A stretch of 64,000 nucleotides of DNA from Ignavibacteriales bacterium (GCA_050260105.1 JBLNBR010000013.1:50129-114128); one strand, 5' to 3'. Positions 38,715-48,927 are shown, numbered from the stretch's first letter. Numbers and translations: made by a program. The notes: a model not told the origin generated them from the letters alone.

Positions 38715-41021
38715 ATGCGCACCCCGGAGCCACCGGTTGAGAAGATAATCGAGGACAAGCTGTGGCGGCAGATGGGGCTCAAGGATGCCGAGTTCGAGAT
38801 GATCGAGGCCTCACTGGGGAGAGCCCCCAACTGGACGGAGCTCGGGATGTTCGCCGTGCTCTGGTCCGAACACTGCGCGTACAAGCATTCCCGGAAGATG
38901 CTCGGAACCCTCCCGACCAGGGGGCCGCAGGTCCTCATAGGGCCCGGAGAGAACGCCGGCGTTATCGACATCGGCGACGGGCTCGCCGTCGCTTTCAAGA
39001 TGGAGTCGCACAACCACCCGTCCGCGGTCGAGCCATATCAGGGCGCGGCCACGGGAGCGGGCGGCATAATCAGGGACATCCTCGCGATGGGCGCCAGGCC
39101 TGTGGCGTTGCTGGATCCGCTGAGGTTCGGCGAATTGTCCGATCCCAGGGTGCGGTACCTGTTCAGCGGGGTCGTCGCGGGCATCGCAGGATACGGCAAC
39201 TGTGTGGGAATACCGACTGTGGGTGGGGAAGTGGCCTTCGAGGACTGCTACGCGGACAACCCGCTGTGCAACGTGATGTGCGTCGGCCTCATCCGGCGCG
39301 ACGACATCAAGCGAGGGGTGGCGGCCGGCGCCGGCAACTCGGTGATGCTGGTCGGCCACTCGACGGGGCGTGACGGGATACACGGGGCGACATTCGCCTC
39401 AGAGGAACTCGGTGAGGATTCCGAGGCGAAACGGCCCAACGTCCAGGTGGGGGACCCGTTCGTGGAGAAACTCCTGATCGAAGCCTGTCTCGAGATGATG
39501 GCCACGGGATCGGTGGTCGGGATACAGGACATGGGCGCGGCGGGGATCACCTCCTCGTGCGCGGAGACCGCCGCCCGGGCCGGAACCGGAATTGAGATCG
39601 ATGTGTCGCTCGTGCCGTTGCGCGAGAACGACATGACGCCGTACGAGATCATGCTCTCCGAATCGCAGGAGCGCATGCTGGTGATAGTCGAGAAGGGAAG
39701 GGAAGGAGAAGTATCCGCCATCTGCCGGAAGTGGGGCCTTCCTTCGGCTGTCATAGGACGGGTCACCAACGATGGGATGTTCAGGGTGATCGAGAACGGG
39801 CGAGTCGCGGCGGAGGCACCGGCCGCCCTGCTGGCCGAGAAGGCGCCGGTGTACGACCCCGCCTGGGAGGAACCGGAGTATCTCCGCAGCACGAGGTCGT
39901 TCGATCCTTCAGGGGTACCAATTCCGGCGGACATCGGGCAGGCGTTGACGGCGGTTCTCACCTCGCCGGGCGTGGCGTGCAAGCGCTGGGTGTACAGGCA
40001 GTACGACCACATGGTCCAGACCAACACCGTGCTGCTGCCCGGCGCAGACGCGGCCGTAGTCAGGGTGAGGGCTGACTGGTACCCACCGGGACGCTCGAGC
40101 GAAGCCGTGCCCGGACGAATGACCGGGCCCGAGAAGGGGATCGCCCTGAAGGCGGACGGCAACGGCAGGTACTGCTATCTCGACCCCGTTGAGGGCGGCG
40201 CGATCGCGGTCGCCGAAGCCGCGCGAAACATCGCATGTACGGGCGCGAGGCCGCTGGCCGTCACCAACTGCCTGAACTTCGGCAATCCGGAGAAACCGGA
40301 CGTGTTCTGGCAGTTCAGGGGCGTAATCGAGGGAATGGGGAAGGCCTGCCGGGCCCTCGGTACACCGGTCACGGGGGGCAACGTCAGCTTCTACAACGAA
40401 TCGAAGAATCGCGCGATCTACCCGACACCCGTGATCGGGATGGTCGGCCTGATCCATGACATATCCAGGATTCTGAGGCCCGGGTTCAGATCCGCAGGCG
40501 ACTACGTGGTCCTGCTGGGGGAGACCCGGGATGAGCTGGGCGGCAGCGAGTACTTGAAGGTTGTCCACGGCATCGTGGCGGGGCGCCCGCCTGCGGTCGA
40601 CCTCGAACGCGAGAAAACGCTGATAGATGTGCTGCTCGAGGCGAACGCGCAGGGGTTGCTCGAATCCGCTCACGACGTCTCGGATGGGGGCCTGGCGGTG
40701 GCCCTGGCGGAATGCTGTTTCGGGGCGCAGCCCGGCGCCAGGGGAGCGGACATCCTGCTCCGGTGGGAGGGCAGGGCGGACGCGCTCCTGTTTTCAGAGA
40801 GTCAGTCCCGGGTGATCGTGACGGCGCGATCCGGCGCCGCGGACAGGCTGCTCTCGCTGTGCAAGGGAAAGAATCTGCCGTGTTCGATCATCGGCCGCGT
40901 GGCCCGGACGCAGCTCCGGATCGCCGCGCAGGGCGGCGGCGAAGCGAGGCCCCTGATCGACTGCGACACGGCTTCACTTGAGGAGTCCTGGCAGGAGGCG
41001 ATACCATGTCTGATGGGCTGA
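38715..41021 (+). CDS. purL: FGAM synthase II (small PurL)
   Basis: 768 aa. AIR-synthase-related duplicated domains (GAATGAGGIIRD, HDVSDGGLAVALAE). Confidence 0.9.
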   Translation: MRTPEPPVEKIIEDKLWRQMGLKDAEFEMIEASLGRAPNWTELGMFAVLWSEHCAYKHSRKMLGTLPTRGPQVLIGPGENAGVIDIGDGLAVAFKMESHNHPSAVEPYQGAATGAGGIIRDILAMGARPVALLDPLRFGELSDPRVRYLFSGVVAGIAGYGNCVGIPTVGGEVAFEDCYADNPLCNVMCVGLIRRDDIKRGVAAGAGNSVMLVGHSTGRDGIHGATFASEELGEDSEAKRPNVQVGDPFVEKLLIEACLEMMATGSVVGIQDMGAAGITSSCAETAARAGTGIEIDVSLVPLRENDMTPYEIMLSESQERMLVIVEKGREGEVSAICRKWGLPSAVIGRVTNDGMFRVIENGRVAAEAPAALLAEKAPVYDPAWEEPEYLRSTRSFDPSGVPIPADIGQALTAVLTSPGVACKRWVYRQYDHMVQTNTVLLPGADAAVVRVRADWYPPGRSSEAVPGRMTGPEKGIALKADGNGRYCYLDPVEGGAIAVAEAARNIACTGARPLAVTNCLNFGNPEKPDVFWQFRGVIEGMGKACRALGTPVTGGNVSFYNESKNRAIYPTPVIGMVGLIHDISRILRPGFRSAGDYVVLLGETRDELGGSEYLKVVHGIVAGRPPAVDLEREKTLIDVLLEANAQGLLESAHDVSDGGLAVALAECCFGAQPGARGADILLRWEGRADALLFSESQSRVIVTARSGAADRLLSLCKGKNLPCSIIGRVARTQLRIAAQGGGEARPLIDCDTASLEESWQEAIPCLMG

Positions 41022-42472
41022 ACAGGCTGAGACCCCGTGAAGAATGCGGTGTGTTCGGCATCTTTGGCCATCCGGACGCGGCAACCCTCACGTACTACGG
41101 GCTTCACGCCCTGCAGCACCGTGGGCAGGAGAGCGCGGGGATCGTGGTTGGCGACGGCCTCTGCCTGAAGATACACAAGGGTATGGGGCTCGTTTCGGAG
41201 GTTTTCGATGAAGGCGTGCTGGCGGGGTTGCCCGGGGATAGGGCGATAGGGCACGTGAGGTATTCGACGACGGGGGCGACGTTGCCGGTCAACGCCCAGC
41301 CGATATTGCTCAGGTGCAGGGGCTCATCGGTGGCCCTCTGCCACAACGGGAACCTCGTCAACGCGGCGAGCCTGAGGGGGTCGCTCGAGAAGAGCGGCTC
41401 CATCTTCCAGACGACCCTGGACACGGAGGTAATAGCCCACCTCATGGCAAGATCCAGTGAACAGGCATTCGAGGACGCGCTCATCGAGACGTGCAGGCGC
41501 GTGAAGGGTGGTTACGCTCTGCTTTTTCTGACGAGGGATAGGCTGATCGGGGTCAGGGACCCGAACGGCATCAGGCCCCTGTCCATAGGCCGGATCGAGG
41601 GCCTTCACGGTGAATGCTACGTTCTCGCGTCCGAAACCTGCGCGTTCGACGCGGTGGGCGCGGAGCCGGTGCGTGACGTCGAACCCGGGGAGATGGTCGT
41701 CATCGACTCCGGCGGCCTCAGATCCGTTCAGGCCGTTCGGGGCGAGACGCCCGCCCTGTGCATATTCGAGTACATATACTTCGCCCGTCCGGATTCGGAC
41801 CTTGCCGGCCACAACGTGCATTCCGTCAGGAAAACGATGGGAAGGCTGCTGGCGCGAGCCTACCCGGTCGACGCCGACGTGGTCACGGGCGTTCCGGATT
41901 CCAGCATATCCGCAGCGAGCGGATATGCCGAAGAGTCCGGCGTGCCGTACGAGATAGGCCTGGTCAAGAACAGGTACGTGGGCAGGACCTTTATACAACC
42001 GGCCCAGAGGATCAGGGACCAGGGCGTGAAGTTGAAACTCAACCCGTTGCGGAAGATCGTGAGCGGCAAGAGGGTTGTCCTCGTGGACGATTCTATCGTC
42101 AGGGGCACCACCTCCGGCCACATTGTGGGTCTCCTTCGTGAGGCGGGAGCGAGGGAGGTCCATCTCCGGATAAGCTCCCCGCCGTACAGGTATCCGTGCT
42201 ACTACGGCATCGACACCTCTTCGAGGGCCGAGCTCGTGGCCGCCAACAGGTCGATCTATGAGATCCAGAGGATGGTCGGCGCGGACAGTCTCTGCTACCT
42301 GTCCCTCGACTCGCTCCTGGCGTCGGTCGGCGGCAGGGGGACTGAGGCGCACTCCCACTGCACGGCGTGCTTCACCGGCGACTACCCGGTGGACGTGAAC
42401 GGCGCCACAGGCAAGTCGGCCCTGGAGGAATCGTTCTTCGGGGCTTGCGCCGGGGAGGCGAACGGGCGATGA
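41006..42472 (+). CDS. purF: Amidophosphoribosyltransferase
   Basis: N-terminal nucleophile CGVFGIFG, PRTase domain VVLVDDSIVRGTT, and a C-terminal Cys cluster (4Fe-4S type PurF). Confidence 0.9.
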   Translation: MSDGLNRLRPREECGVFGIFGHPDAATLTYYGLHALQHRGQESAGIVVGDGLCLKIHKGMGLVSEVFDEGVLAGLPGDRAIGHVRYSTTGATLPVNAQPILLRCRGSSVALCHNGNLVNAASLRGSLEKSGSIFQTTLDTEVIAHLMARSSEQAFEDALIETCRRVKGGYALLFLTRDRLIGVRDPNGIRPLSIGRIEGLHGECYVLASETCAFDAVGAEPVRDVEPGEMVVIDSGGLRSVQAVRGETPALCIFEYIYFARPDSDLAGHNVHSVRKTMGRLLARAYPVDADVVTGVPDSSISAASGYAEESGVPYEIGLVKNRYVGRTFIQPAQRIRDQGVKLKLNPLRKIVSGKRVVLVDDSIVRGTTSGHIVGLLREAGAREVHLRISSPPYRYPCYYGIDTSSRAELVAANRSIYEIQRMVGADSLCYLSLDSLLASVGGRGTEAHSHCTACFTGDYPVDVNGATGKSALEESFFGACAGEANGR

Positions 42473-43539
42473 AATCCGGCCCTGGTGACGCAAGCCGAAA
42501 CCACGCGGCGGACCTGTACCGCGAGGCCGGGGTGAACATAGACGCCGGCAACGAGGCGGTCCTCAGGATAGCCCCGCACGCGAAGAGGACCAGGATACCC
42601 GGTGTCCTCAGCGACATCGGTGGGTTCGGGGGGTGTTTCTCCCTCGAACCCTACGGTATCAACGACGCGGTTCTTGTCGCCGGGGCCGACGGAGTGGGAA
42701 CCAAACTCAAGATTGCGTTCGCCATGGGTGTCCACGACACTGTGGGAATAGACTGCGTCGCCATGAACGCGGACGACGTCGTGGTCCAGGGCGCGAGGCC
42801 ACTGTTCTTCCTGGACTACCTGGCGGTGGGAAGGCTCGACCCCCGCGTGGTGGAGGAGATAGTCAAGGGGGTCGCCGAGGGCTGCGTGAGGGCCGGTTGC
42901 GCCCTCCTGGGCGGTGAGACTGCGGAGATGCCCGGCATGTATGCGGATGGCGAATACGACCTCGCGGGGTTCGCCGTGGGCGTGGTAGAGAGGCGCTGGC
43001 TCATCGACGGCGCCCGCATAGGGCCGGGTGACGCGCTGGTCGGGCTGATGTCCTCGGGACTCCACAGCAACGGCTACAGCCTGGCGCGAAAAGCGCTTCT
43101 GGAGAAGGCACGCCTGAGTCTGGACGCGCGGGTTCCCGAGCTCGGGCGGACCCTGGGCGAGGAGCTGCTGGAGCCCACGAGGATATACTCGCGGGCGCTG
43201 GTGGATCTGTTCGCGTCCGGTGTCGCGGACGTGCTCGGCATCGCTCACATAACGGGGGGCGGATTCTACGATAATATCCCGCGCATTCTCCCGCGGGGAA
43301 CGCGCGCCAGGATAGATGGGACATCGTGGGCGCCGCTCCCCGTCTTTGACCTGATCGAGCGTCTCGGCCGGATCGAAAGGCCGGAGATGTTCAGGGTGTT
43401 CAACATGGGGATCGGGATGATCCTGGTCGTCCCGCAGGAGGAGTGCGACGCCTGCGTGAGATTCCTCGAAGGTAGGGGATTCCCCGCTCGCGCAATCGGG
43501 GAGATCGTGCGCGGCGAGCCGGGCGTGGACATTGTCTAG
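42469..43539 (+). CDS. purM: AIR synthetase
   Basis: ATGA overlap with purF. Start MKSGPGDASR. PurM motifs (DAGNEAV, GGETAEMPGMY). Confidence 0.85.
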   Translation: MKSGPGDASRNHAADLYREAGVNIDAGNEAVLRIAPHAKRTRIPGVLSDIGGFGGCFSLEPYGINDAVLVAGADGVGTKLKIAFAMGVHDTVGIDCVAMNADDVVVQGARPLFFLDYLAVGRLDPRVVEEIVKGVAEGCVRAGCALLGGETAEMPGMYADGEYDLAGFAVGVVERRWLIDGARIGPGDALVGLMSSGLHSNGYSLARKALLEKARLSLDARVPELGRTLGEELLEPTRIYSRALVDLFASGVADVLGIAHITGGGFYDNIPRILPRGTRARIDGTSWAPLPVFDLIERLGRIERPEMFRVFNMGIGMILVVPQEECDACVRFLEGRGFPARAIGEIVRGEPGVDIV

Positions 43540-43566
43540 GGGCGGATGTCGCCCTGGGGTGACGCA

Positions 43567-44220
43567 ATGGCGGGCACTTTGAGGTTGGGCATACTGGTCT
43601 CCGGCAGGGGCACCAACATGCAGGCGATCATGGACGGGTGCAGGGATGGCTCTATCCCCGCCGGCGTGGTGGTGGTCATCAGCGATGTGGAGACGGCGCC
43701 GGCGCTGGAGAGGGCGCGCAATGCGGGGGTGGAGGCGCTGTTCGTGGATCCCGGGGCGTATCCCGGCCGCAGGGAATTCGACGACGCGGTCGGAGACCTC
43801 CTGGAGCAGCGCTCCGTCGACCTGGTATTGCTGGCGGGGTTCATGAGGGTGCTTGGGCCCACCCTGATCCGGAGGTTCAAGGGGAGAATCATGAACATAC
43901 ACCCGTCGCTGCTGCCCTCGTTCCCGGGCCTGGATGCCCAGCGGCAGGCGGTGGAATACGGGGTCAGGTACAGCGGGTGCACGGTTCATTTCGTTGACGA
44001 AGGGGTCGACTCGGGCCCCATCATAGTCCAGGCGGTCGTCCCCGTAGAGGACGGCGACACGACCGTGACGCTGGCAGAAAGGATACTCCGCGAGGAGCAC
44101 CGGATATACCCCGAGGCGATCAGGCTGTTCGCACAGGGGAGGCTATTCGTTGACGGGCGTCGCGTGCGCGTGTTGTCGCCACGGGATGCAACGTCCACTG
44201 GGCGGGAGGGGATCCATTGA
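43567..44220 (+). CDS. purN: GAR formyltransferase
   Basis: ATG at MAGTLRLGILVSGRGTNMQAI with a GGGGTG RBS. Formyl-transferase motif NIHPSLLP. Confidence 0.85.
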   Translation: MAGTLRLGILVSGRGTNMQAIMDGCRDGSIPAGVVVVISDVETAPALERARNAGVEALFVDPGAYPGRREFDDAVGDLLEQRSVDLVLLAGFMRVLGPTLIRRFKGRIMNIHPSLLPSFPGLDAQRQAVEYGVRYSGCTVHFVDEGVDSGPIIVQAVVPVEDGDTTVTLAERILREEHRIYPEAIRLFAQGRLFVDGRRVRVLSPRDATSTGREGIH

Positions 44221-45773
44221 TCAGCCGGGCGCTGATAAGCGTATACGACAAGACGGGGCTCGTTGATTTCGCGCGTGGGCTGAAGGGCATCGGAGTGGAG
44301 ATACTGTCCACGGGCGGCACCGCGAAGGCGCTCTCCGAGGCGGGGATAGACGTCAAGCAGGTGTCGGACGAGACGGGCTTCCCGGAGATACTCGACGGAA
44401 GGGTCAAGACGCTGCACCCCGGGATCCACGGCGGCCTGCTTGCCCGCAGGGACCTGCCGGACCATATGCGGCAGATCGAAAGCGCCGGCATACGGCCGAT
44501 CGACATGGTGGTCGTCAACCTGTACCCGTTCAAGCAGGTCGCGTCGAGGGAGGGCGTCTCGCTCGAGGAAGTGATCGAGAACATCGACATAGGCGGCCCT
44601 TCGATGCTGCGCAGCGCGGCCAAGAACCACGGCGGCGTGGTCGTTGTGTGCGATCCCGCAGATTATCGCCTGGTGCTCGACGAGATCTCAAAGACCGGCG
44701 ATGTACCGGGCCGGCTCCGGCTGGAGCTCGCGGTTAAGGCGTTCTCACACACTGCCCACTATGACGCCCTCATATCTTCGTACCTCGGCAGGGTGGCCGG
44801 ACGCGGTCCCCTCGACTTCCCGGGGAATCTTACTCTGGCCTTCGAGAAGGCACAGTCAATGAGATACGGCGAGAATCCGCACCAGAAGGCGGCATTCTAC
44901 AGGGAACCCTTCTTGAAAGAGGCGTCCATCTCGTACGCGAAGCAACTGCACGGAAAGGAACTGTCGTTCAACAATATCAACGATACGAACGCCGCGTTCG
45001 AGCTCGTGAGGGAGTTTAGTGAGCCGGCCGCCGTCGCCGTGAAACACGCCAACCCCTGCGGAGTCGGGACCGGCGCTACGGTGGAAAAGGCGTTTACCAG
45101 GGCTTTCGAAGCGGACCCCGTCTCCATCTACGGTGGGATCGTCGCCTTCAACAGGGTGGTCGACGCCGCCACGGCGAGGCTGCTCTCGCCCATATTCATC
45201 GAGGTTGTGATCGCCCCCGGTTTCGACGAGGAAGCGGCGGCGATACTGTTCCGCAAGAAGGACATACGGGTGCTCGCGACAGGCGACGCCAGTGGTTCGA
45301 CGGGCGTGGCCGCGAGGGCGTACGATCTGAAGAAGGTGAGGGGAGGCCTCCTGATCCAGGAAGCCGACTGCGCCCCGGACAATCCCGAGAAGTGGGTGTG
45401 CGTCACCTCGAGGAATCCGTCCTCTTCCGAAATCGCGGACCTGGCCTTCGCCTGGAAGGTGTGCAAGTACGTCAGGTCCAACGCCATCGTCCTGGCAAGG
45501 GGACTCCAGACCGTCGGGATCGGCGCGGGGCAGATGTCGAGGATCGGCGCGGCTCAGATCGCAATCGAGGCCGCTGGAGAGAAGGGGCGCGGCGCCGTGA
45601 TGGCGTCCGACGCCTTCTTCCCGTTCTCCGACGTCGTGGAGGCTGCGGCTAGGGCGGGCGTGACCGCCATTGTCCAGCCCGGCGGCTCGGTACGTGACGC
45701 CGAATCGACGGCCGCGGCGGACCGCGCGGGCATAACGATGCTGTTCACCGGGGTGCGCCATTTCAGACACTGA
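44217..45773 (+). CDS. purH: Bifunctional AICAR transformylase / IMP cyclohydrolase
   Basis: MGS-like N-domain (ALISVYDKTGLV..STGGTAKAL) and AICARFT domain. 518 aa. Confidence 0.9.
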   Translation: MISRALISVYDKTGLVDFARGLKGIGVEILSTGGTAKALSEAGIDVKQVSDETGFPEILDGRVKTLHPGIHGGLLARRDLPDHMRQIESAGIRPIDMVVVNLYPFKQVASREGVSLEEVIENIDIGGPSMLRSAAKNHGGVVVVCDPADYRLVLDEISKTGDVPGRLRLELAVKAFSHTAHYDALISSYLGRVAGRGPLDFPGNLTLAFEKAQSMRYGENPHQKAAFYREPFLKEASISYAKQLHGKELSFNNINDTNAAFELVREFSEPAAVAVKHANPCGVGTGATVEKAFTRAFEADPVSIYGGIVAFNRVVDAATARLLSPIFIEVVIAPGFDEEAAAILFRKKDIRVLATGDASGSTGVAARAYDLKKVRGGLLIQEADCAPDNPEKWVCVTSRNPSSSEIADLAFAWKVCKYVRSNAIVLARGLQTVGIGAGQMSRIGAAQIAIEAAGEKGRGAVMASDAFFPFSDVVEAAARAGVTAIVQPGGSVRDAESTAAADRAGITMLFTGVRHFRH

Positions 45774-45791
45774 CGGGGGAGGCGGGCCGGC

Positions 45792-47078
45792 GTGAAGGTC
45801 TTGGTGGTAGGAGGGGGCGGCAGGGAACACGCTCTCTGCTGGGCGCTCGGTCGCAGCCCTGCGGTCAGCCGTGTGTACTGCGCCCCCGGGAACGCGGGGA
45901 TATCGCGGGACTACACCTGCGTGAACATTGCGGCCGGGGACATCGACGGCCTGGCGAAATGGGCGGCCGGCGAGGGAATCGACCTCACTGTCCCCGGACC
46001 GGAGGCGCCGCTCGTGGCCGGCCTGGTGGACCGGTTCACCCGCGCGGGCCTGAGAGTGTTCGGCCCGTGTGCGGAGGCGGCCCTGATCGAGGGGAGTAAG
46101 TACTTCGCCAAGGGACTCATGGCCGAGGCCGGCGTGCCCACTGCGCGATTCGAGGTGTTCGACGACCCGGCGCGGGCGAGGGCCTACGTGTCGAATGAGC
46201 GCTTTCCCCTGGTAGTGAAGGCGGACGGCCTCGCGGCTGGCAAAGGCGTCACCGTCTGCATGACGGAGGAAGAGGCCTGGCTGGCTATCGAGGACGCCAT
46301 GGAGAAGAAGGTGTTCGGCGACGCAGGACGCCGCGTCATCGTGGAGGAATTCCTGGAAGGGGAAGAAGCCACCGTCATGGCGTTCTGCGACGGCGACTAC
46401 GCGGCGTTGATGCAGCCTGTCCAGGACCACAAGAGGGCGTGCGACGGCGACAAGGGGCCGAACACGGGGGGCATGGGCGCCTACAGCCCGGTGCCCGCGG
46501 TGACCGCCGGCGTGCTCGACCACGTGAGCGAGCGAGTCATCGCCCCGGTGCTCAGGGCGATGTCAAGAAGGGGAATAAGATACACGGGCGTGCTCTACGC
46601 GGGGCTGATGCTTACCAGGCACGGGCCGTTCGTTCTCGAATTCAACGCGAGGTTCGGCGACCCTGAGACGCAGGCCGTACTGCCCAGGCTGGAAACCAGC
46701 CTGGCGGATATCATGATGGCCGCGGCTGAGGGTAATCTCCCGCGGCAGCGAATCGAATGGTCCGGGCGTGCGTCGGTGTGCGTGGTGGTCGCATCCGGAG
46801 GATATCCCGGAGAGTACGAGAAAGGTAGAGGCATCAGCGGCCTGGACGAGGCGGCCCGCGAACCGGGCGTGGTCGTCTTCCACGCGGGCACTGCAGCCGG
46901 TCCTGGAGGGAGTATCGTCACCTCGGGCGGGCGAGTGCTCGGAGTGACGGCCACGGGAGAGACGATCGCCGGGGCGCGTCACGCCGCATATCGAGCGGTT
47001 TCCAGGATACAATTCGACGGGGCGTACTACCGGCGCGACATTGGGCTTCGAGCCGATCCACCCCCGGGCGGCAGGTGA
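45792..47078 (+). CDS. purD: GAR synthetase
   Basis: MKVLVVGGGGREHALCWAL N-terminus and ATP-grasp domain. Confidence 0.9.
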   Translation: MKVLVVGGGGREHALCWALGRSPAVSRVYCAPGNAGISRDYTCVNIAAGDIDGLAKWAAGEGIDLTVPGPEAPLVAGLVDRFTRAGLRVFGPCAEAALIEGSKYFAKGLMAEAGVPTARFEVFDDPARARAYVSNERFPLVVKADGLAAGKGVTVCMTEEEAWLAIEDAMEKKVFGDAGRRVIVEEFLEGEEATVMAFCDGDYAALMQPVQDHKRACDGDKGPNTGGMGAYSPVPAVTAGVLDHVSERVIAPVLRAMSRRGIRYTGVLYAGLMLTRHGPFVLEFNARFGDPETQAVLPRLETSLADIMMAAAEGNLPRQRIEWSGRASVCVVVASGGYPGEYEKGRGISGLDEAAREPGVVVFHAGTAAGPGGSIVTSGGRVLGVTATGETIAGARHAAYRAVSRIQFDGAYYRRDIGLRADPPPGGR

Positions 47079-47087
47079 TGGGATCCG

Positions 47088-47597
47088 GTGGATCAGCAAC
47101 GCGTGAACGGGCAACGCCGTACTTCCAGGAGACTCGTGAGGATCGCGCTCATCGCGGGGGTATACGCCGTCCTCACTATGATGCCCCCCTTCTCGTCCGT
47201 GAGCTATGGCTCGATCCAGGTCAGGGTCTCTGAAGCCCTGACAGTCCTTCCCTACATCACGGGCGACGCGATATACGGCCTCTGGCTCGGCTGTGTGCTT
47301 GCCAACATGGCGAGCCCCTTCATGGTCTACGACGTAACGCTCGGCGCGGGCGCCACCCTCCTGGCGGCCTGCCTCACGCGGAGGGCGCCCAGCGAAGCGA
47401 TCGCCCCCCTTCCGCCGGTAATCGTCAACGCCCTGGTGGTGTCCATTTACGTGAGCGGGTGGAGCGTCGCCGCCTACCCGGTCGTCGCCCTGTACATCGC
47501 CATTGGTGAGGCCATAGCCTGCTACGGCCTGGGCTATCCGCTCTTGCGGTTCATGTCCCGTAACGCCCGCGCTCGCCGGATCGTCGCCGGAGAATAG
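47088..47597 (+). CDS. queT: QueT-family queuosine-precursor transporter (ECF S-component-like)
   Basis: 169-aa membrane protein with YGSIQVRVSEALTVLPYITGDAIYGLWLGCVLANM, typical of QueT. Only about 10 nt after purD, so there is no room for a preQ1 riboswitch. Confidence 0.65.
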   Translation: MDQQRVNGQRRTSRRLVRIALIAGVYAVLTMMPPFSSVSYGSIQVRVSEALTVLPYITGDAIYGLWLGCVLANMASPFMVYDVTLGAGATLLAACLTRRAPSEAIAPLPPVIVNALVVSIYVSGWSVAAYPVVALYIAIGEAIACYGLGYPLLRFMSRNARARRIVAGE

Positions 47598-47656
47598 CCT
47601 TCCCCGCTCGAACGCACACTGTGAACGCACGGCAGGCTGGTTGGCAAGGAGGGCCT

Positions 47657-48091
47657 ATGGCATTGGTCGCGCTCGCTATCGCGTGCCTCGCGGGGATTCT
47701 AATGGCGGTGCAAGGGGTTCTCAACTCCGGTCTGGGAAGGGTCGCCGGTCTCTTGAAGGCCACCCTCGCCGTTCACGCCGGCGGTCTTGCGGTCATTGCC
47801 CCCGTAGTGTTGCTGTACGCCAGGCGGGCCCCTGGCAAGCTCGCCGGAGCGGCGTGGTTCTACTACCTCGGAGGTCCCCTCGGCGTGGGTATAGTCTACT
47901 TCGTCGCGGCCAGCATAGGAAAGGTGGGCGCGTGCCCGGCCACGACCGCGATCATCACGGGACAGGTATTGACTGCCGCCGCTCTCGACCATTTCGGAGT
48001 CCTCGGTCTCCAGCGGGTCCCTTTTCACCCGGTCAGGCTGCTGGGTGTGGCGTTCCTCTCCCTCGGGGCCTGGATACTCCTGAAGAAGTGA
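47657..48091 (+). CDS. DMT-superfamily (DUF606/YdcZ-like) membrane transporter
   Basis: ATG after an AGGAGGG RBS. 144-aa four-helix membrane protein (MALVALAIACLAGILMAVQGVLNSGLG...). Confidence 0.6.
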   Translation: MALVALAIACLAGILMAVQGVLNSGLGRVAGLLKATLAVHAGGLAVIAPVVLLYARRAPGKLAGAAWFYYLGGPLGVGIVYFVAASIGKVGACPATTAIITGQVLTAAALDHFGVLGLQRVPFHPVRLLGVAFLSLGAWILLKK

Positions 48092-48108
48092 CGGCCGCGC
48101 GTGAGTTG

Positions 48109-48165
48109 TTGACTCGGGGCGACTCTCCAGGTTATTATGAAGCGAGATCAACGATACCTGGGTAT
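48109..48165 (+). promoter_or_regulatory. Promoter plus candidate CsoR-type operator upstream of the csoR-like gene
   Basis: TTGACT, 17 nt, TTATTAT, then the palindrome ATACC-TG-GGTAT (about 48154-48165). It resembles the AT-flanked G/C-core sites bound by CsoR/RcnR repressors and overlaps the RBS region. Confidence 0.4.
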
Positions 48166-48180
48166 GGTAGAATCCGGAAG

Positions 48181-48465
48181 GTGGTCGAGCTGGTGAGCGT
48201 ATACGAAGCAAGAAGGGTAGATCTCTTGCAGAGATTGAGGAAGGTTGAGGGCCAGGTCCGTGGCGTTCAGAAGATGATCGGCGACGGCAGGGCCTGTGTC
48301 GACGTCCTTACGCAGCTTGCGGCCATCAGTGAGGGGATCAAGAAAGTCAGCATGCTGGTGTCCGAGTGCCACGTGAAGGGCCGCGTCAACCAGGCCCTGA
48401 GTGGCGACGGCGCCGACGACGTTGCGGATGAACTGGTCCAGATGTTGTTCAAGTTCACCAGGTAA
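48181..48465 (+). CDS. csoR: CsoR/RcnR/FrmR-family metal-sensing transcriptional repressor
   Basis: GTG start. RLRKVEGQVRGVQKMIGDGRACVDVLTQLAAISEGIKKVSMLVSECHVKGR contains the W-X-Y-Z metal-ligand positions (C..H..C) of the DUF156 family. Confidence 0.8.
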   Translation: MVELVSVYEARRVDLLQRLRKVEGQVRGVQKMIGDGRACVDVLTQLAAISEGIKKVSMLVSECHVKGRVNQALSGDGADDVADELVQMLFKFTR

Positions 48466-48500
48466 GATGGGGTCGCGGCTTTGCGGGGAGGAGTCGCACG

Positions 48501-48926
48501 GTGAGAGAGAAGGGCCGCGTAGTGCGGCTTGAAAATGGTCTCGCGGTGGTCCGGATGACGCGATCCGCCGCGTGCAACTGCTGCGGGATGTGCGACGGCC
48601 TGGTTCCGGGCGCCAACGAACTGTTCATCAAGGCGACCAATGCCGCCGGCGCCGTGCCGGGGGATACCGTCGATGTTGAAGTGGAGACGCGCGGGGCGCT
48701 GCAGGCCGCGTTCCTGATCTACGGGCTGCCCCTCCTGGGCGGGGCAGCTGGATTCGTGCTGGGGTCGTTGACTGCGGGCGGTGTCTACGGGATAGTGGGA
48801 GCTCTTCTCGGGTTTTCCGTAACCTTCCCCATCATCCACCTGCTTGACAGGCGACTGTCCGGCGACACCAGGTTCAGGCCCGAGATCGTAGGGATCGAGG
48901 AACCCGGCGGCATGCCGGACCCGTGA
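48501..48926 (+). CDS. RseC/MucC-family (SoxR-reducing system / sigma-E regulator-like) membrane protein
   Basis: N-terminal Cys cluster (AACNCCGMCDG) followed by two TM helices, matching the RseC/MucC (PF04246) architecture. Confidence 0.65.
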   Translation: MREKGRVVRLENGLAVVRMTRSAACNCCGMCDGLVPGANELFIKATNAAGAVPGDTVDVEVETRGALQAAFLIYGLPLLGGAAGFVLGSLTAGGVYGIVGALLGFSVTFPIIHLLDRRLSGDTRFRPEIVGIEEPGGMPDP

Positions 48927-48927
48927 T

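Noticed and set aside
35689-47078. Frequent 4-nt stop/start overlaps (ATGA, GTGA) across the pur, pst, moa and gat operons
   Set aside because: A common translational-coupling feature of compact operons, not a distinct element. Noted only as support for the chosen start codons.
47079-47090. Expected preQ1 riboswitch upstream of queT
   Set aside because: Only about 10 nt separate the purD stop from the queT start and no preQ1-I/II-like A-rich pseudoknot motif is present. queT appears co-transcribed with the pur operon.
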